The notes below the pieces were generated by a model. It was not told the DNA's origin and made no database searches. It worked only from the letters and a program-made list of their open reading frames with translations. Shown here piece by piece: positions 1 to 15,300 of a stretch of 64,000 nucleotides of DNA. This DNA comes from Trichosphaerium sp. ATCC 40318 (taxonomy: Eukaryota > Protista > Tubulinea), in assembly GCA_038496445.1 (NCBI GenBank), contig JALMLS010000525.1:124001-188000 (forward strand), written 5' to 3'. The position numbers and the translations under genes were made by a program. Numbering within the stretch: the stretch's first letter is position 1; each line of letters begins with the position of its first letter.

Positions 1-2077
1 GTGTTGATTCTATCTCCGCGTTTTATAACCTTATCAATTGTTGCAATTTGTTGCCAATCAAATTCGAAGAAATCAGCTAAATACAAATTCAATAAGCATG
101 AAACAAACTCCAAAAAAACCACGTTACCTCTGCTGAGTATTCCAAGGTATTCGTCACCACGGTGATGTGTACTCCACATTTGAGATCCAACTAGACAGAA
201 TGTTGATAAATAAAGATAAAGTACTAAAAGAAGAAACCAACAAAGTTGATCTTACCTTCATGCATGTGCTAAACGTTGGGAAAAACATTAGTTGAAAACA
301 GCAATTTGTAGAGTTGTTTTTTTTTGTAGCTTACCAAAAAATCAGCAAACACGTGAATATCATGAGGCCAGTTCTTTGTACATTCCGAAGGACAATCGAG
401 CTCATACTCGAAATACTTTTGCTTAGGTGGAATTGGTGATAATGCAGCACCAAAGTCACCAAGTGTAACCATTGCTTTTGAAAAATAAGTTTGAAGATTT
501 TATAAGTTAATCATTTGGTTTCCCTTACCTGCGTCGTATTTGCGCTTTTCTGGCGTATAATGTATTCTTACTCCTGAATTATCGATCATATCAGGTGTCA
601 ACTTTCTATTATCGTAATGAACCTTATGTCAGAGTTAGCAGAGTGCTGTTAAAGTCAGGTATGTGAGTTGTTGTCAAAGTTAAAAATCAACCAAAAAACG
701 TTACACGAAACAAGGTCTTAGATGCATACCTCAAGTATCACATGTGTAGCTGCGTGAGGGTCTTTTGTACCCATCAAGAAACCAGCTTCTGGCGGTACAT
801 AAAGTGAACCCTAAAAAAGAAATGAGAAAAATCGAGTTAAAGATGTTCTGTACTCCGCCAACTGCCCACGCAAACATAAGTTGAGTGCATCCTGAATCAA
901 GATCTCCTAGAGGCGAACTGCATCTTTGGGCTTTTGTATACTTTTGCCAGTAACTAGTTGGCTCACACAAGTGCACTAAGAAGTGATGTACAATCCCTTC
1001 CGATGACTATAGAAAAGTAAACAAAAGTCGCGCGGGTAAAAGATTGTCCGTTACCTTTTGTACTATAGGATCAATCCTGATAATATGTGCCTCTGATACT
1101 TCTAAAAAACCAGGTAAGTACAATTACCTAAGCGTATTATTTGTTAAGTGATTACCTGGAAGTACAAGTGACTGACACATGTACGTTGTTATTTTATCGC
1201 TTGGAATAGTTACACCAGGCATTGTCATCTCGTAAGTTGATACATTAGGATCTGTATCATTCCAAGGCGTAGGTTCTCCCCAGAAAGAAACAACTGTAGA
1301 TCCGCGATGATCAGAATCAGAAGGGTGCTTATAGCGAATATCGTTAGAAGGCCCTATACCCCAAATAACTCTTTTGTTTTGGACAAACAAAAGTTAGCTT
1401 CCCACGTAAAATCACGTGATATTTTTTAATGACAAACCTGTTTTCTCCTTCAACAAGCTTTCTATCTTGTGTATCGCCTGTATCAAATTTACGCTTTACA
1501 TGAAAGGTAGTGTAGCCATCACCTCTTTCAAGAAAAAATTAGTGTAAATTCAAACAACAAACAAAAAAGTATGTGACTGCGTACTGTTCACCTCCTACGA
1601 GTTCCCAGTCTTGGCATTTATCTATTACAGGCTCAGAAAACGTTAACGCATGTCTATCAGTTATTTGAGGTTCTCCGTTTGGTCCAAAGTTAAGCATAAT
1701 GATATCAGCACCTAATGTAACTCATTAATTAGGCATCTAACCAAGCAAGCCTTTTTCTTATTCTCAAAATTACAAGGGTAACCCTATTCTGTTTTTTATA
1801 GTCACGTGCCTGGCATTGCACCTGTAGTGAACTCAGCAACACCTAAGAGAAGTTAGTTTGTGACATTTCAAACAAAAAAACTCTCACCAAAGCCAACCCA
1901 TGCGTCCTCTTCATGTGCCCTCACTGCCATGTTAATTTCTTCATTTTCCAAGTCTACATTCCAGAAAACTTCGAATCTATCCAATTGTAGTTCCTGTCTG
2001 TGGTCGTATTCTCCAGGAGAGAAAGCAACACATAACGTAGCTAATAATACGAGGAGGTACAGCCCTCTCATGCTCAT
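1..2077 (-). CDS. DOMON-domain copper type II ascorbate-dependent monooxygenase (DBH/MOXD1-like), multi-exon, 3' end runs off window
   Basis: Signal peptide MSMRGLYLLVLLATLCVAFS; DOMON motifs WVGFG...MPGADII; TTYMCQ, HHFLVHLC, FAWAVGG, GVRIHYT and PH-type Cu2 monooxygenase segments across exons. Confidence 0.85.
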
Positions 2078-2139
2078 CTTGCTTATTTTGGTTTAAGTGT
2101 CGCAAATAGGCAATTGCTGCTAAAACTGTCAGTAGCCAC

Positions 2140-2521
2140 ATGGCACCTTGTACTACGCCGGCTGCGTAATTAAACTGATTTTTCCGGAAGATGAAAAGAA
2201 GGGTATTCCCTCTCGCCGCCTACCATTTCCCCGAGTAGAAACATTGCCAGCTGGCGCTCAAGAGCTACACTACGGGTATTTCAGAAACAAAGGCATCACA
2301 AAACCTTTCAAGTATGTATTTAAAAATCACCTGCTAGTAAATCTTGCAGTTGTAAATACCTAATGCCATTCACTAAACAAGAAAAAACAGAAAAAAAAAA
2401 GAATGCAAAACACAGAACTTTGTTCGTTCATAGCATAATACTGATTCGAATGCCAAAAGTGACAAGTGTTGGTATTGATTCTTTGAAAGACATTGCCCGT
2501 ATTGAGATAATTATAAAGTAA
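2140..2521 (+). CDS. Possible small hypothetical protein (~86 aa, 2 exons); needs a 1-nt correction just after the ATG
   Basis: ORF 2148-2363 reads naturally up to a GTATGT donor; the TTCATAG acceptor near 2433 continues in frame to TAA 2519-2521; the ATG at 2140 is out of frame by one base. Confidence 0.3.
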
Positions 2522-2600
2522 TATGTGATATAAAATAAAGGTATAGAATATCACGGGATACTTGTCAGTTTCATTTGACATAATTATCTGATAGTCGGGT

Positions 2601-5497
<2,897 letters not shown>

Positions 5498-5799
5498 TTG
5501 TAGTGCTTTTTGTGGAAGCCAAAACTAACTTAACTGTGGTACTAAAATGGCAGCCGAAGAATCTATCTTTCGAAACTGTGCTTCGTGTGGTTCAGGGTGT
5601 TTATATCAAAAATGGAACCAAAAAAAACCCGATAGCAATCATCATTTGAGGACTGATGCCATTCCTTACCCAACGGTCTCCTTTCCCTCAACTATAGAAT
5701 GCTTTCAATAAAATTGAAACTAATCCAAGACTGCCAGTAATACTTGCTGTCTACTCTCTAAGCCAACTACTTACTTGTAACCTTACTTGCCCTTGTATT

Positions 5800-6618
5800 T
5801 TATACATTATCTTTTGTGCTCACCGTGCATTCTTTGCTCATTGATAAATGAAGTGTGCTCTTTTAATTTACCATTTCTGTACCATTCCTGTTTTTATACT
5901 CTCACGAATCGGCTGTTTGACCAATGTGTGCCACTGTACTGCTGACTAGTAAACGCACTGATCGCTGTTTGCAAGTAAGTTACACCTTATTATATTCGCT
6001 AGCGCTGTACGACGTCGTACATCGCTGCTTAACTCTTTATCTTCATCAGCTTTTGCAACCTCAGTACCTTCTTCCTTTAATTCTTCTTTTGACTCTTTTG
6101 TATCTGCTTTGTCTTCTTTACCCTCTCCATCTTCTTTAGCTTCTGTATCAGCTTTTTCATCCTTTTTAGGGGTCTTCCCACGGTATCATCAATTTCAATT
6201 TCGCCGTTTTGTGTCTTTTCAAGAAGCTCATCTGCTGCGCTATCTGGTTGACCTGTTTCTGTGCTCCAATCTGTTTCCAAATCTACAAACCAAAGTGAGT
6301 AAAATAATAAACGAAGCAGACCTAGGTATGCAGATAAATTACTCAAAGCGTCAGCGAAAAATTCATCAGTATGTCTGTGACGTACTACACGTACAGGTTC
6401 TCTACCGTATCTTTCAGCCTCTTAGTACCATTCCCAATCGTTTACACAAACATTTAACTGTACATATAATTTTGCTATGGAGTAAGCTACTCAGTAGTAC
6501 CAAAGAAACAAAGAGTCAATGCTAAGAGGTACATATCATTCAGCTAGCTGAAAGTAGTTTATTACGTAGTTTTTTCCAGTTTACACAGAAATTCAGATGC
6601 AACAGTAACAGAAAACAT
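5800..6618 (-). CDS. Hypothetical protein with a Glu/Lys-rich region; apparent frameshift near 6165-6180; termini uncertain
   Basis: Exon reads LETDWSTETGQPDSAADELLEKTQNGEIEIDDTV, then in another frame PKKDEKADTEAKEDGEGKEDKADTKESKEELKEEG; GT-AG introns flank it. Confidence 0.45.
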
Positions 6619-6929
6619 GTCTACAACAAGCATTGCGATTCGCGAAAGCGAAGTTTTGATGTTTTTGTTTTAAACGCTCCGAAAAAAAAAAGTTACGACT
6701 TGAATTACAAAAGGAATGCGACGTTTCGTTGCACGGTTTTTTCTTTTTCGAGTTAACATAGGTAAATCCTTGTACAACGAATGTTTTTTAAACATATGTT
6801 TCCTTAAATACTGCATTTAAAACCTAAAAACGGCATTTTTATTCATTTGCAAAAGAAACCAGCATTCCAAGCATCATGTCCTTTGTATTGGAGAAAAAAC
6901 GCCGTACAACTGAAAAGTTCATTGTAAAG

Positions 6930-7316
6930 ATGTTGACGCCAAGAAGTAGAAGACGTACAGCTTCAGCGCCGCCAAAAATTACAAAAAAGAACTCATCACC
7001 GTCTTTACCACCTAAATCAGCAAGAAAGTCATCTAGAAAGGCGTCAGATAGTATAGTTGAGTCAGAAGCGATTGTAGACGGTAAAAAATCAGCGCGTAGA
7101 CAGTCACGTAAACGATCAAAATCAGAAAAGATTTACTATCAACCAGAACAAATAGGCAAAGGGTAAGTAAACGCACTTGTTAAAAAACAAAGTTTCCTTT
7201 TTTAGATCTTTTTGTTTTAACTTCTTTTTAGCAAATGCCGCATCAATTATCACAGAAGTAACTCTGGGATCTCTTATATAAACAGTAGACCGTATATACG
7301 AAGAGGATGTATTTAA
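6930..7316 (+). CDS. Small basic Ser/Arg/Lys-rich hypothetical protein, 2 exons
   Basis: ORF MLTPRSRRRTASAPPK...; GTAAGT donor at 7163, TTTAG acceptor, in-frame TAA at 7314-7316. Confidence 0.5.
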
Positions 7317-7539
7317 AAAAAAAGATAGCTACGCGCGTAACGCTTTACGTGGTTCTTGCTTTCTCTCTCCCTCCCTTCCCTCCTCTCAACTTGTACTTTT
7401 GTTAAACTATCTGCCTACAGAAAAAGCTGTTGTAGCATTGTAAATAACAACCAGCTCATTTCAAGAAATAAAAAACGCGAAAGCGGTTTTCTTCTCTACT
7501 CGAAGTTCCTTGAGTGTCATCAGCATCTAACCACTTCTC

Positions 7540-8355
7540 TTAACAATAGAGTTGTAATAGAACACCCAGAGTACGTGATCCATCACCCAGAGGTCTCAAA
7601 GAAAGAGAGAACTCATAAATATCTTCCCAAATCATAGACGCGGATCTGTGAGGTTTTGGCATCGCTGCTAGTCGCTTTTGTAGAGCCTCCAGCTTCCCTT
7701 TTTGTCTACCCAGCCGTTCCTTCTCCTCCGCACTACGTTCTTCATCGTCAAAGAATGTTCCTAAAAGACTTTGAGCTGCACTTGCTTCATTCTCACCCTC
7801 TTCGCTCCAAATGTTCGTAAAGATCTGTTTACACACTTCATCTATCGGTGCAGAGAAGTAAAGACCTGACATAGTGGACTCACAAGCCCATCCAGGTAAT
7901 GCCTCTTCCTCTATATCTTTAACCATCTTCTTTAATACGCGTGTATCCTCGAAGATTTGTTTAAAATCGTGCGTGAGCGAGCAGCATTGTTTACACGGCT
8001 CGGATTTGACGCCAATGGTACCACACGGGTACAAACAATGGTCTATGAAAGTGAATGGCACTTGTCCTTCTTCTTCCGGTTCGTCAGAGTTATCAACCCC
8101 GAAATCATAGCCGTACTCTTCTTTAAAACTTTGTCTGAACCCTATTTGCTCATTTCTGCATTTTGCCGCCCAAAACAGGTTTGTTTTCTTAGAACTTGCT
8201 TTACATACCAACCGTAGCGCTAAAACGCTATCAGCACTCTCCATTTCGTCTACATCATCATCTAGAAGGATGTGTCGCTGAATTACGATCCATGGCACTT
8301 CATACAGCTGTTCTGAGGTCATAGGACTCGTATCGTTACGTTTTCGTTTCTCCAT
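7540..8355 (-). CDS. Intronless 271-aa hypothetical protein with a weak F-box-like N-terminus
   Basis: Uninterrupted ORF; LYEVPWIVIQRHIL...VLALRLVCK...W resembles F-box spacing. Confidence 0.7.
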   Translation of the reverse strand: MEKRKRNDTSPMTSEQLYEVPWIVIQRHILLDDDVDEMESADSVLALRLVCKASSKKTNLFWAAKCRNEQIGFRQSFKEEYGYDFGVDNSDEPEEEGQVPFTFIDHCLYPCGTIGVKSEPCKQCCSLTHDFKQIFEDTRVLKKMVKDIEEEALPGWACESTMSGLYFSAPIDEVCKQIFTNIWSEEGENEASAAQSLLGTFFDDEERSAEEKERLGRQKGKLEALQKRLAAMPKPHRSASMIWEDIYEFSLSLRPLGDGSRTLGVLLQLYC

Positions 8356-8505
8356 AAAGAAATACGATCAGTTGGGTGGTTGTAAGGCAGAAAACCAGAA
8401 CGAAAATGGACAGAAGAAAATTCAAACATTTTCCTTTTTTGACTCAAAAAGTTTTTCGCTTTGATTGTCGGCAAAATAAACAATCCTTCATTTGTTTTGG
8501 ATCTA

Positions 8506-11500
8506 ATGGATACAAACATACTATTGCTGTTTATCATAGGGTTATCTTGCGCGTATTCATTGGTACAACTGAACTCTTTCCATTTTATCTCAACCGCCAT
8601 TTTAGAATGAGTTTGGAGACCCTAGTGTCACTCAAATAGACCCATGGGGAACAGATTCATTGCGTATACGCATAACAGTTAGCGGTGCACCTAAAAACTT
8701 GGCTGTACAAGTACGTTTCCGCTCCCAAATCATGCTCTAAATGACATTAAAGGCGTTACTTCCTAACCCACCGAAAAATACAAAGTAAGTACTGCGAGGC
8801 GTCGAAACGCTCTTAATCATTCTGTATAGAGGGGAAATTTACAACACCCCGCTGTACACATCAAACGGAAATATAGCTGCTTCAGTTGAAGATGGCAAAC
8901 TCGTGGTAACACGTTTATCTGATAAAAAGGTACAAAAATCGAAAATAAACTGTTAGATCACGTGACCTTCTTTTTTTTTTCTTTGGTGGTGATTTCTGTT
9001 CACAGGTTTTGTTACAAGAAAGCGGTCACTCGTTTGGTACCTCATTTAGTGCAGAAGGGACCACGAAAGCATCTATATCTTTTGAACCTCAAGATGAAGT
9101 GCGTTGGAACTTTTATTTTTCTGAAAGGTTTTTCGCTTTTTCGTAGTGACTTTCGAGAAAGGATATTTATGGTTTGGGTGAACACAGAACAGGCAAACTA
9201 CAAAATAAACCGTACACACATAGTTTTCAAAGGAGTCAAATTTACTCCTACTCAATTGGTGGAGACATAAGTATTCCTTTTTATCAATCATCTGCTGGAT
9301 ACGGATTTTTATGGCAAGTATTAGAATATTCCTCTTTCGACCTACCCTCATACTTCACTTCTCATTCTCGCGCTTAGGAACTTACCTTCTTTTGGATCTG
9401 TGTCTATACTAGCAAACGGGACGTCGTGGGTATCAAATGCTGCTACCCAACTTGGTACGAAATAACAAGCGAAATTGCAAAAACAATTAATTTCTTTTAA
9501 AGATTTCTGGGTTACCACAACATCTTCAAGCGATCTTGACTACGCTGAAATTATGCATAACTATGTGGACGCGACAGGCCACCCTCCACCTATGCCGTTC
9601 CATGCATCAGGTAATAATCTTGAGGACTTTAGGTTCTAAAAAGCTACAAAAGGGTTTTGGCAATGTAAGAACAGATATCGAAACGAAACTGAATTGTTAA
9701 GTATAGCCAACGGCTATTATACAAGGTACCTAACTTTATACATCACCAAGCATGTATTTAATAACAAATTCAAGGAATTTACCTCTGAGTGTTATTGTTG
9801 TGGACTACTACAACTGGTAAGCATAACGTGTTGTTGTAGTGTTTTCATAAAAAAAATAGGGTTAATTTTGGAGACTGGGCGTTCAACCCTGCGTGCTGGC
9901 AGACTCCAGCAAACATGGTCAGCAACCTAAATGGTCATGGTACCGAGATTATGGTACGTATACTTGTTTTTTTCCTATGTGTCAACGAAGAGAATATTCT
10001 AGGTTTCCGTGTGGCCAAACATTGTTAAAGAAAGTCATAACTTTAAAGCGATGTATGATAATGGGTATGTACTCACCCTCAACTTAATGATTTGGTTCTT
10101 AGTTTTTACTTATTTGTGTATTAGATACCTTGTAATGAACTCGAGTGGTACACCATATCCTTTCAGGGCGGCTGGTCGTTATACTTATGATCCTTTCAAT
10201 CCCGATGCAAGAAAGTACGCTTGCTATTAGATTCCACTTTTTTTCTTTTTTTTGGTTTTGCTGTTTTTGTACAATCTAATTTTGTTGTAGAGTACGTTGT
10301 TGTTGAAGCTAGAATGAGTTCGTTCTGAAGTATTTTGATTAGTTCGTTTGGGATCAAGTTAAGAAAGGTTATTATGACAATGGTGTAAAGATGTACTGGT
10401 TAGATGCAGATGAACCAGAGCGTCAACTGCCCGATACAAGGTGAGACTATTTATTGCACATGCCACAACTAATATCATTAAGTGGTCAATGGTACTACGC
10501 CGCTGGTCAGGATGAACAAGTCGGTAAAGATTCTTAAAAAATTATGTAGCACCTATTGACTAAGTGTTGTAGGTATGGCGTATCCTCTATTACATCAACA
10601 GACGGTAAGATTTTTATAAGATTCGAAGAATATTTCAAAGAAAAAAAAAGTTTTCATGACATCCACAGAAAGAAATGTTTTGCCATCTAACAACTTAAGT
10701 TCTACGATGGATTAAAAGCTGAAGGAGAAGACGTGGTGTTACTGAGCAGAAGCGCATGGGCTGGTAAGATATAAAAGCTGTTTTCTTTTGAAAAAAGAAG
10801 ATTGTGTCTCATTTTGTGCAGGTAGTCAACGTTACGGAGCTGCAGTGTGGAGTGGTGACATTTCTTCTACGTTTGCAGAACTTGCTATTCAGGTTAGAGT
10901 GGCACAAAACGTTGCAATGTCAGGTACAATTTCTCATAACTCTGTTTCTTTCTAATTTTTTTTTTAGGATTGTACTGGTGGACCACTGATATCGGTGGTT
11001 ACAAGGTTATCTTTATTTACATTTGTTAGAAGTAGATATTAAATACTGCTATAGGATGGTAACATCAACGATGCAACTTTTCAAGAGTTGATCGTGAGAT
11101 GGTACAGTTTAAATGTCGTTCACTTTTTTTTTGTATTTACAATTTATCAAAAGGTTCCAATTTGGCGCTTTCTGTCCACTGGTACACGATTGACCCCAAT
11201 ACTTGTCTTTCCTAAAACATGTATTAGTTCAGAACCCACGGACATAGAAGCCCTTCGGACCCTAACAGCGCTTGCGGTAGTTCTGGAGGTCCAAATGAGG
11301 TATTTTTATTTTGGTTTTGTTCGAATAAGTTTAATGTTTGCTCAGGTTTGGCGCTTTGGTGATACCGCTTATAATGTTATTTCAAAAATTATATTGCTCA
11401 GAGAGCAATTGAGAGACTATATCATGAAACACGTGCGCATTTCTAACAAAAGTTTGGTAACTAACCTTTTTTTTGTTTAGATGCAAATTGCTTCCGAGAT

Positions 11501-11945
11501 AGGTACTCCTATAGTTCGTCCGATGTTCTGGGAGTTCCCAAACGACCCTTGCGCATCAGCAGATGATCAATACATGTTCGGTCCAGACTGGCTAGTCGCA
11601 CCTGGTACAAAAAATAAGCAAACATCTTGATTTACTAACAATGCACAGTTTTGGAGTACCAGGCCAAGAGTAGGCAAGTTTGCTTACCTGTGCTGCCTAA
11701 AGGATATACATGGGTACGGAGAACTTTGTAGAGTTTTGACTTTAATTATTTATTAGGTCCATCACTACACCCAGAAGGCTTTTGGACCTGGAAAGCAAAC
11801 AATGTACAGTCGACATTTTTTTTTTTTTCACCTTTTTTGGAATACCCAACAATTTTAGTTATCAAAATTGCGCTAACTTGTAGTTTTTTTTTTTAGTCCT
11901 ACACCTATAGATGAATTTCCACTATTCTACTTGAACGCAGAATGA
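8506..11945 (+). CDS. Glycoside hydrolase family 31 (alpha-xylosidase/alpha-glucosidase-like), secreted, ~27 introns
   Basis: Signal peptide; GFWQCKNRY, VVDYYNW, nucleophile motif YWLDADEPE, WSGDI acid/base motif, WWTTDIGG, FRTHG, DQYMFGPDWLVAP. Confidence 0.95.
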
Positions 11946-12309
11946 TTTAAGTGTCAAATAAAGCACCGTTGAACCCAGTTTTTGCAAATTTACTTCAAAA
12001 GTTCACGTGGCAAAGACATTCATCTACACGCTCGCAAAAAGTACTATTACTGCGTCGATAGCGATATCAAGTCGTACACATAACTTTTCTCCGTTTTTCG
12101 GGTTATACACGTCATAGAGCGACAAAACCACGTTAAATAGTATCTCTACGCGTGGAATACGCGTAGGGGTTGGTTTTAGAAGTTCTTGAGAACCAACCGT
12201 TTTAAGCTTATGTGCGGAGGAACAAAAATCCGAAACCTTGTTGTCGCCAAATTAAGCAAATTTCAACGACAACAGCAATAAACGTACCCCCAAAACTTCC
12301 CAAAAGTTT

Positions 12310-15300
12310 ATGAGCATAATACAGGACGCAATGGAACACCCTGAAGGCTATTTATACTCAAAAACAGAACAAAAAGGTTCAAAATGGACCAAAAAATACT
12401 TTAAAGTGATAAAACAATGCGTGGTTGCATCTAAAAGCGCCAAAGATGATGGAGAAAAGTGCTTTTGTACTACTTTAAAATATTATTTATAAAACTTCGT
12501 TGTTAACGTTCCGTAGCCTTAGGTGATATCGACAGGCTATCAAAAGGCTCCTCAGCCAGTTTAACACAATCCGAGAACCTATTTTCTTTTACCATTGACA
12601 TATCAAGCAGTACGTGACGTAATAGTGCATAACATAACATTATTAGGCGACACGATCATGTTTCGTGCTCAAGACAAACCAGACTACGATTTATGGTGCG
12701 ACTTCTTTTCTACACACGCTAAGGAGATAGAACTGCCAAAAATACGAGCAACCGCAGCTGTACGAAGTAATTTTAGTAACAAGCACCGAAATGCCAATAT
12801 GTCGCCTTCTCAGATTTTCTGTAATTTAATTAGACGTATTTCTAACGAAGAATACCAAAGGCCGGAGAGATTATGAAACGATTTTCAGATAAAAAAAACG
12901 GCGTTGAAATAAAGAACAGAAAATATAGGCTTAAAACGTACCAGAATTGTTTCCTTGGTAATGAAGCAGTTGATTGGATTATAGAGAACGTAGAAGTATC
13001 AACAAGGTAAAGAACTCAATATTTTCAGAAAAAGGGGAAAACAATTAAACCGAAAAAACTCCCAACCTGAATTACACATCAAAAAAAAAAATTTGTCCCA
13101 GTAGGAGACATCAACAACAAGCAGTGTATTATCTATGCACTGTTTCACTTTTTGGTGGAGGAGAAAACCTACAAATAAGGAAGGAGAATCCAAATTTGTG
13201 GGTCTTTTTTTTTCGGATTTTGTTTGTTTTTTGGGCAGCTACTCTTGATTTTCGGATGTTGTAGCTTATGTGTGTCTATTATAGGGAAGAAGCAGTAGAT
13301 CTAGGTGGTAGATTAATGTCTTCTGGATTTGTCAGACACACTACAGATGATCATTTATTCAAAGATGAAGGTCTATTCTACACATTGGAAAATACAGATG
13401 CAACTGCTTCAAGAGTCGTTGTTTTAGGAGGAGGTATTGCTGGTGCAACTGTAGCAAAGGTGATTATATTTACCGAAATCATGTGCGCTATATTTATACT
13501 ATTCTAGGTCTTAGAAAAGAACTCCAAAGTCGAAGTTACACTTATCGATGGCAAGGATTACTTTGAACTGACACCTGCTGTTCTTCGAGCTATTACACAA
13601 CCTGGTATCACTGAGGCTGTTACTTTCATTAAATCGATAGTTACCAAGCATACACAATACTTGACTAGATCAAAAGTCATCAAAGGATTCGCTTCTGTAA
13701 GTGATTGCTAGCAAAAACAATTTGTAAATTAATGCCATTCTAGATTGTTACACCAGACAAAGTTATTCTAAAGAATGATGTTACTGTACCTTTTGATTAC
13801 TTGGTTATATGTACTGGAACTAGTTATGGATCAAGAATCAAGGATAACGATATGACCACTGATTTTAGGCACGTGCCTTTTGCTGAGCGAATTAAACAGA
13901 TTTCTAACTACTTTTGTTTCAGAGTCAAAGATCTAAGTGACGAAGCAATGGATTTAAAAGAAGCTACAAGCGTTTTGATTGTAGGAGGGGGTGTTGTTGG
14001 TACAGAATTAGCTGGGTATGTATAGTATTAGCTCTTGGTACGTATTGTTAACTGGTTTTAACAACAGAGAAATTATCAACGCTTATCCGAAGAAAAAAGT
14101 TGATTTGGTACAACGTCAACCAAGTTTACTTGGTCGCATGAACAAAAAGACACAAAGGGCTGCATTGAAGTACTTGACAAGCAAGGTAATAACAAAAAAT
14201 TTACTACTAAACATGTCAACGTGCTCACCAAAAGTATTTAGGGTGTCAATGTTACTTTGAATGAAACTGTTGAAACGCAATGCACCGTTGACAATTGTTA
14301 CAAGCTCATCTATTCTGGAAAGCAAATAACTGCTGATAAAGTATTCTTTTGTACAGGACCTAAAGCAGTCACACCATTTATGAAGGAACACTTTAAAAAG
14401 CGTATTGATAAGCACGGGTTCATAGAGGTAAAGCCAACTTTAAGCCATTGTTTGCTTAAGTTAACTTTTTTTGAAGGTTAACAAGTACCTTCAAATCCCT
14501 GGTCATAGTAATATTTTCTGTGCTGGCGATTGTGCTCAACTTAAGGAAGAGAAGACAGCAGAACGTGCAACTGCCCATGCAGAGTTTGTTGCTTCCCAAA
14601 TTCGTCGGTTGATCAATTCAAAAGATCTAAAAAAAGGATACAAATCACCATCAAGACCTGCGTTCATGGTCGTCAGTCTCGGTCCTAAAAACGGCCTTTT
14701 GGTATCTGGGAACTCGTATGTACTACCCTCAAGTTAACTGGTAACTTACATAACGAAATAGGTTGGTCAGCACAGGATCAGTACCTGCCCGTCTTAAAAA
14801 GCTTGGCTTTAACATTTTACAAAAACAAATCAAAAAACAAAATTCTGGTGTAGGAACACCAAGAAGAAGTAATTACTCAAACCTTCTTGCTATGGATACA
14901 GATGAAGTAATTTGTCGTGACTGGAAAGTCTGTCCTCAGAAACTTGCTGTCTTCGGTGCAGATACAATCATTGGAAACAGAGTTGTAGTATCATTGAATG
15001 CAAAAGGAGTTGCATGCAGAGTTACAGTGCCAAAACTTTTTGGTAAGTCTTTTTCTTTTTTGTTTGTCTTGTTGGTGGCACTCACTTACTTGTTACTCAA
15101 TAGGTCGTATTAAGGGTGTTAAAGAGAAAAATATAAGTAGAGTTGAAGTTGAGTGGGATAATGATAGGAGCGTTGACACTGCGCTTGAAGGTATCTAATT
15201 TTGTTAAAGTGATTTAAAAGTTGTTTACTTTTTTCTATTAGATGTTCAAATTATGCTCATGTGCTTGAGTCTTTCTGACCAATCTGAACAACATATGATC

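Noticed and set aside
1103-1155. Internal AG|GTAATT (recursive splice site) in this intron and in 43482-43538; U1-like TACTTACCTGG
   Set aside because: Each whole intron is of normal length and in frame, and the halves would be under 30 nt. Chance is sufficient.
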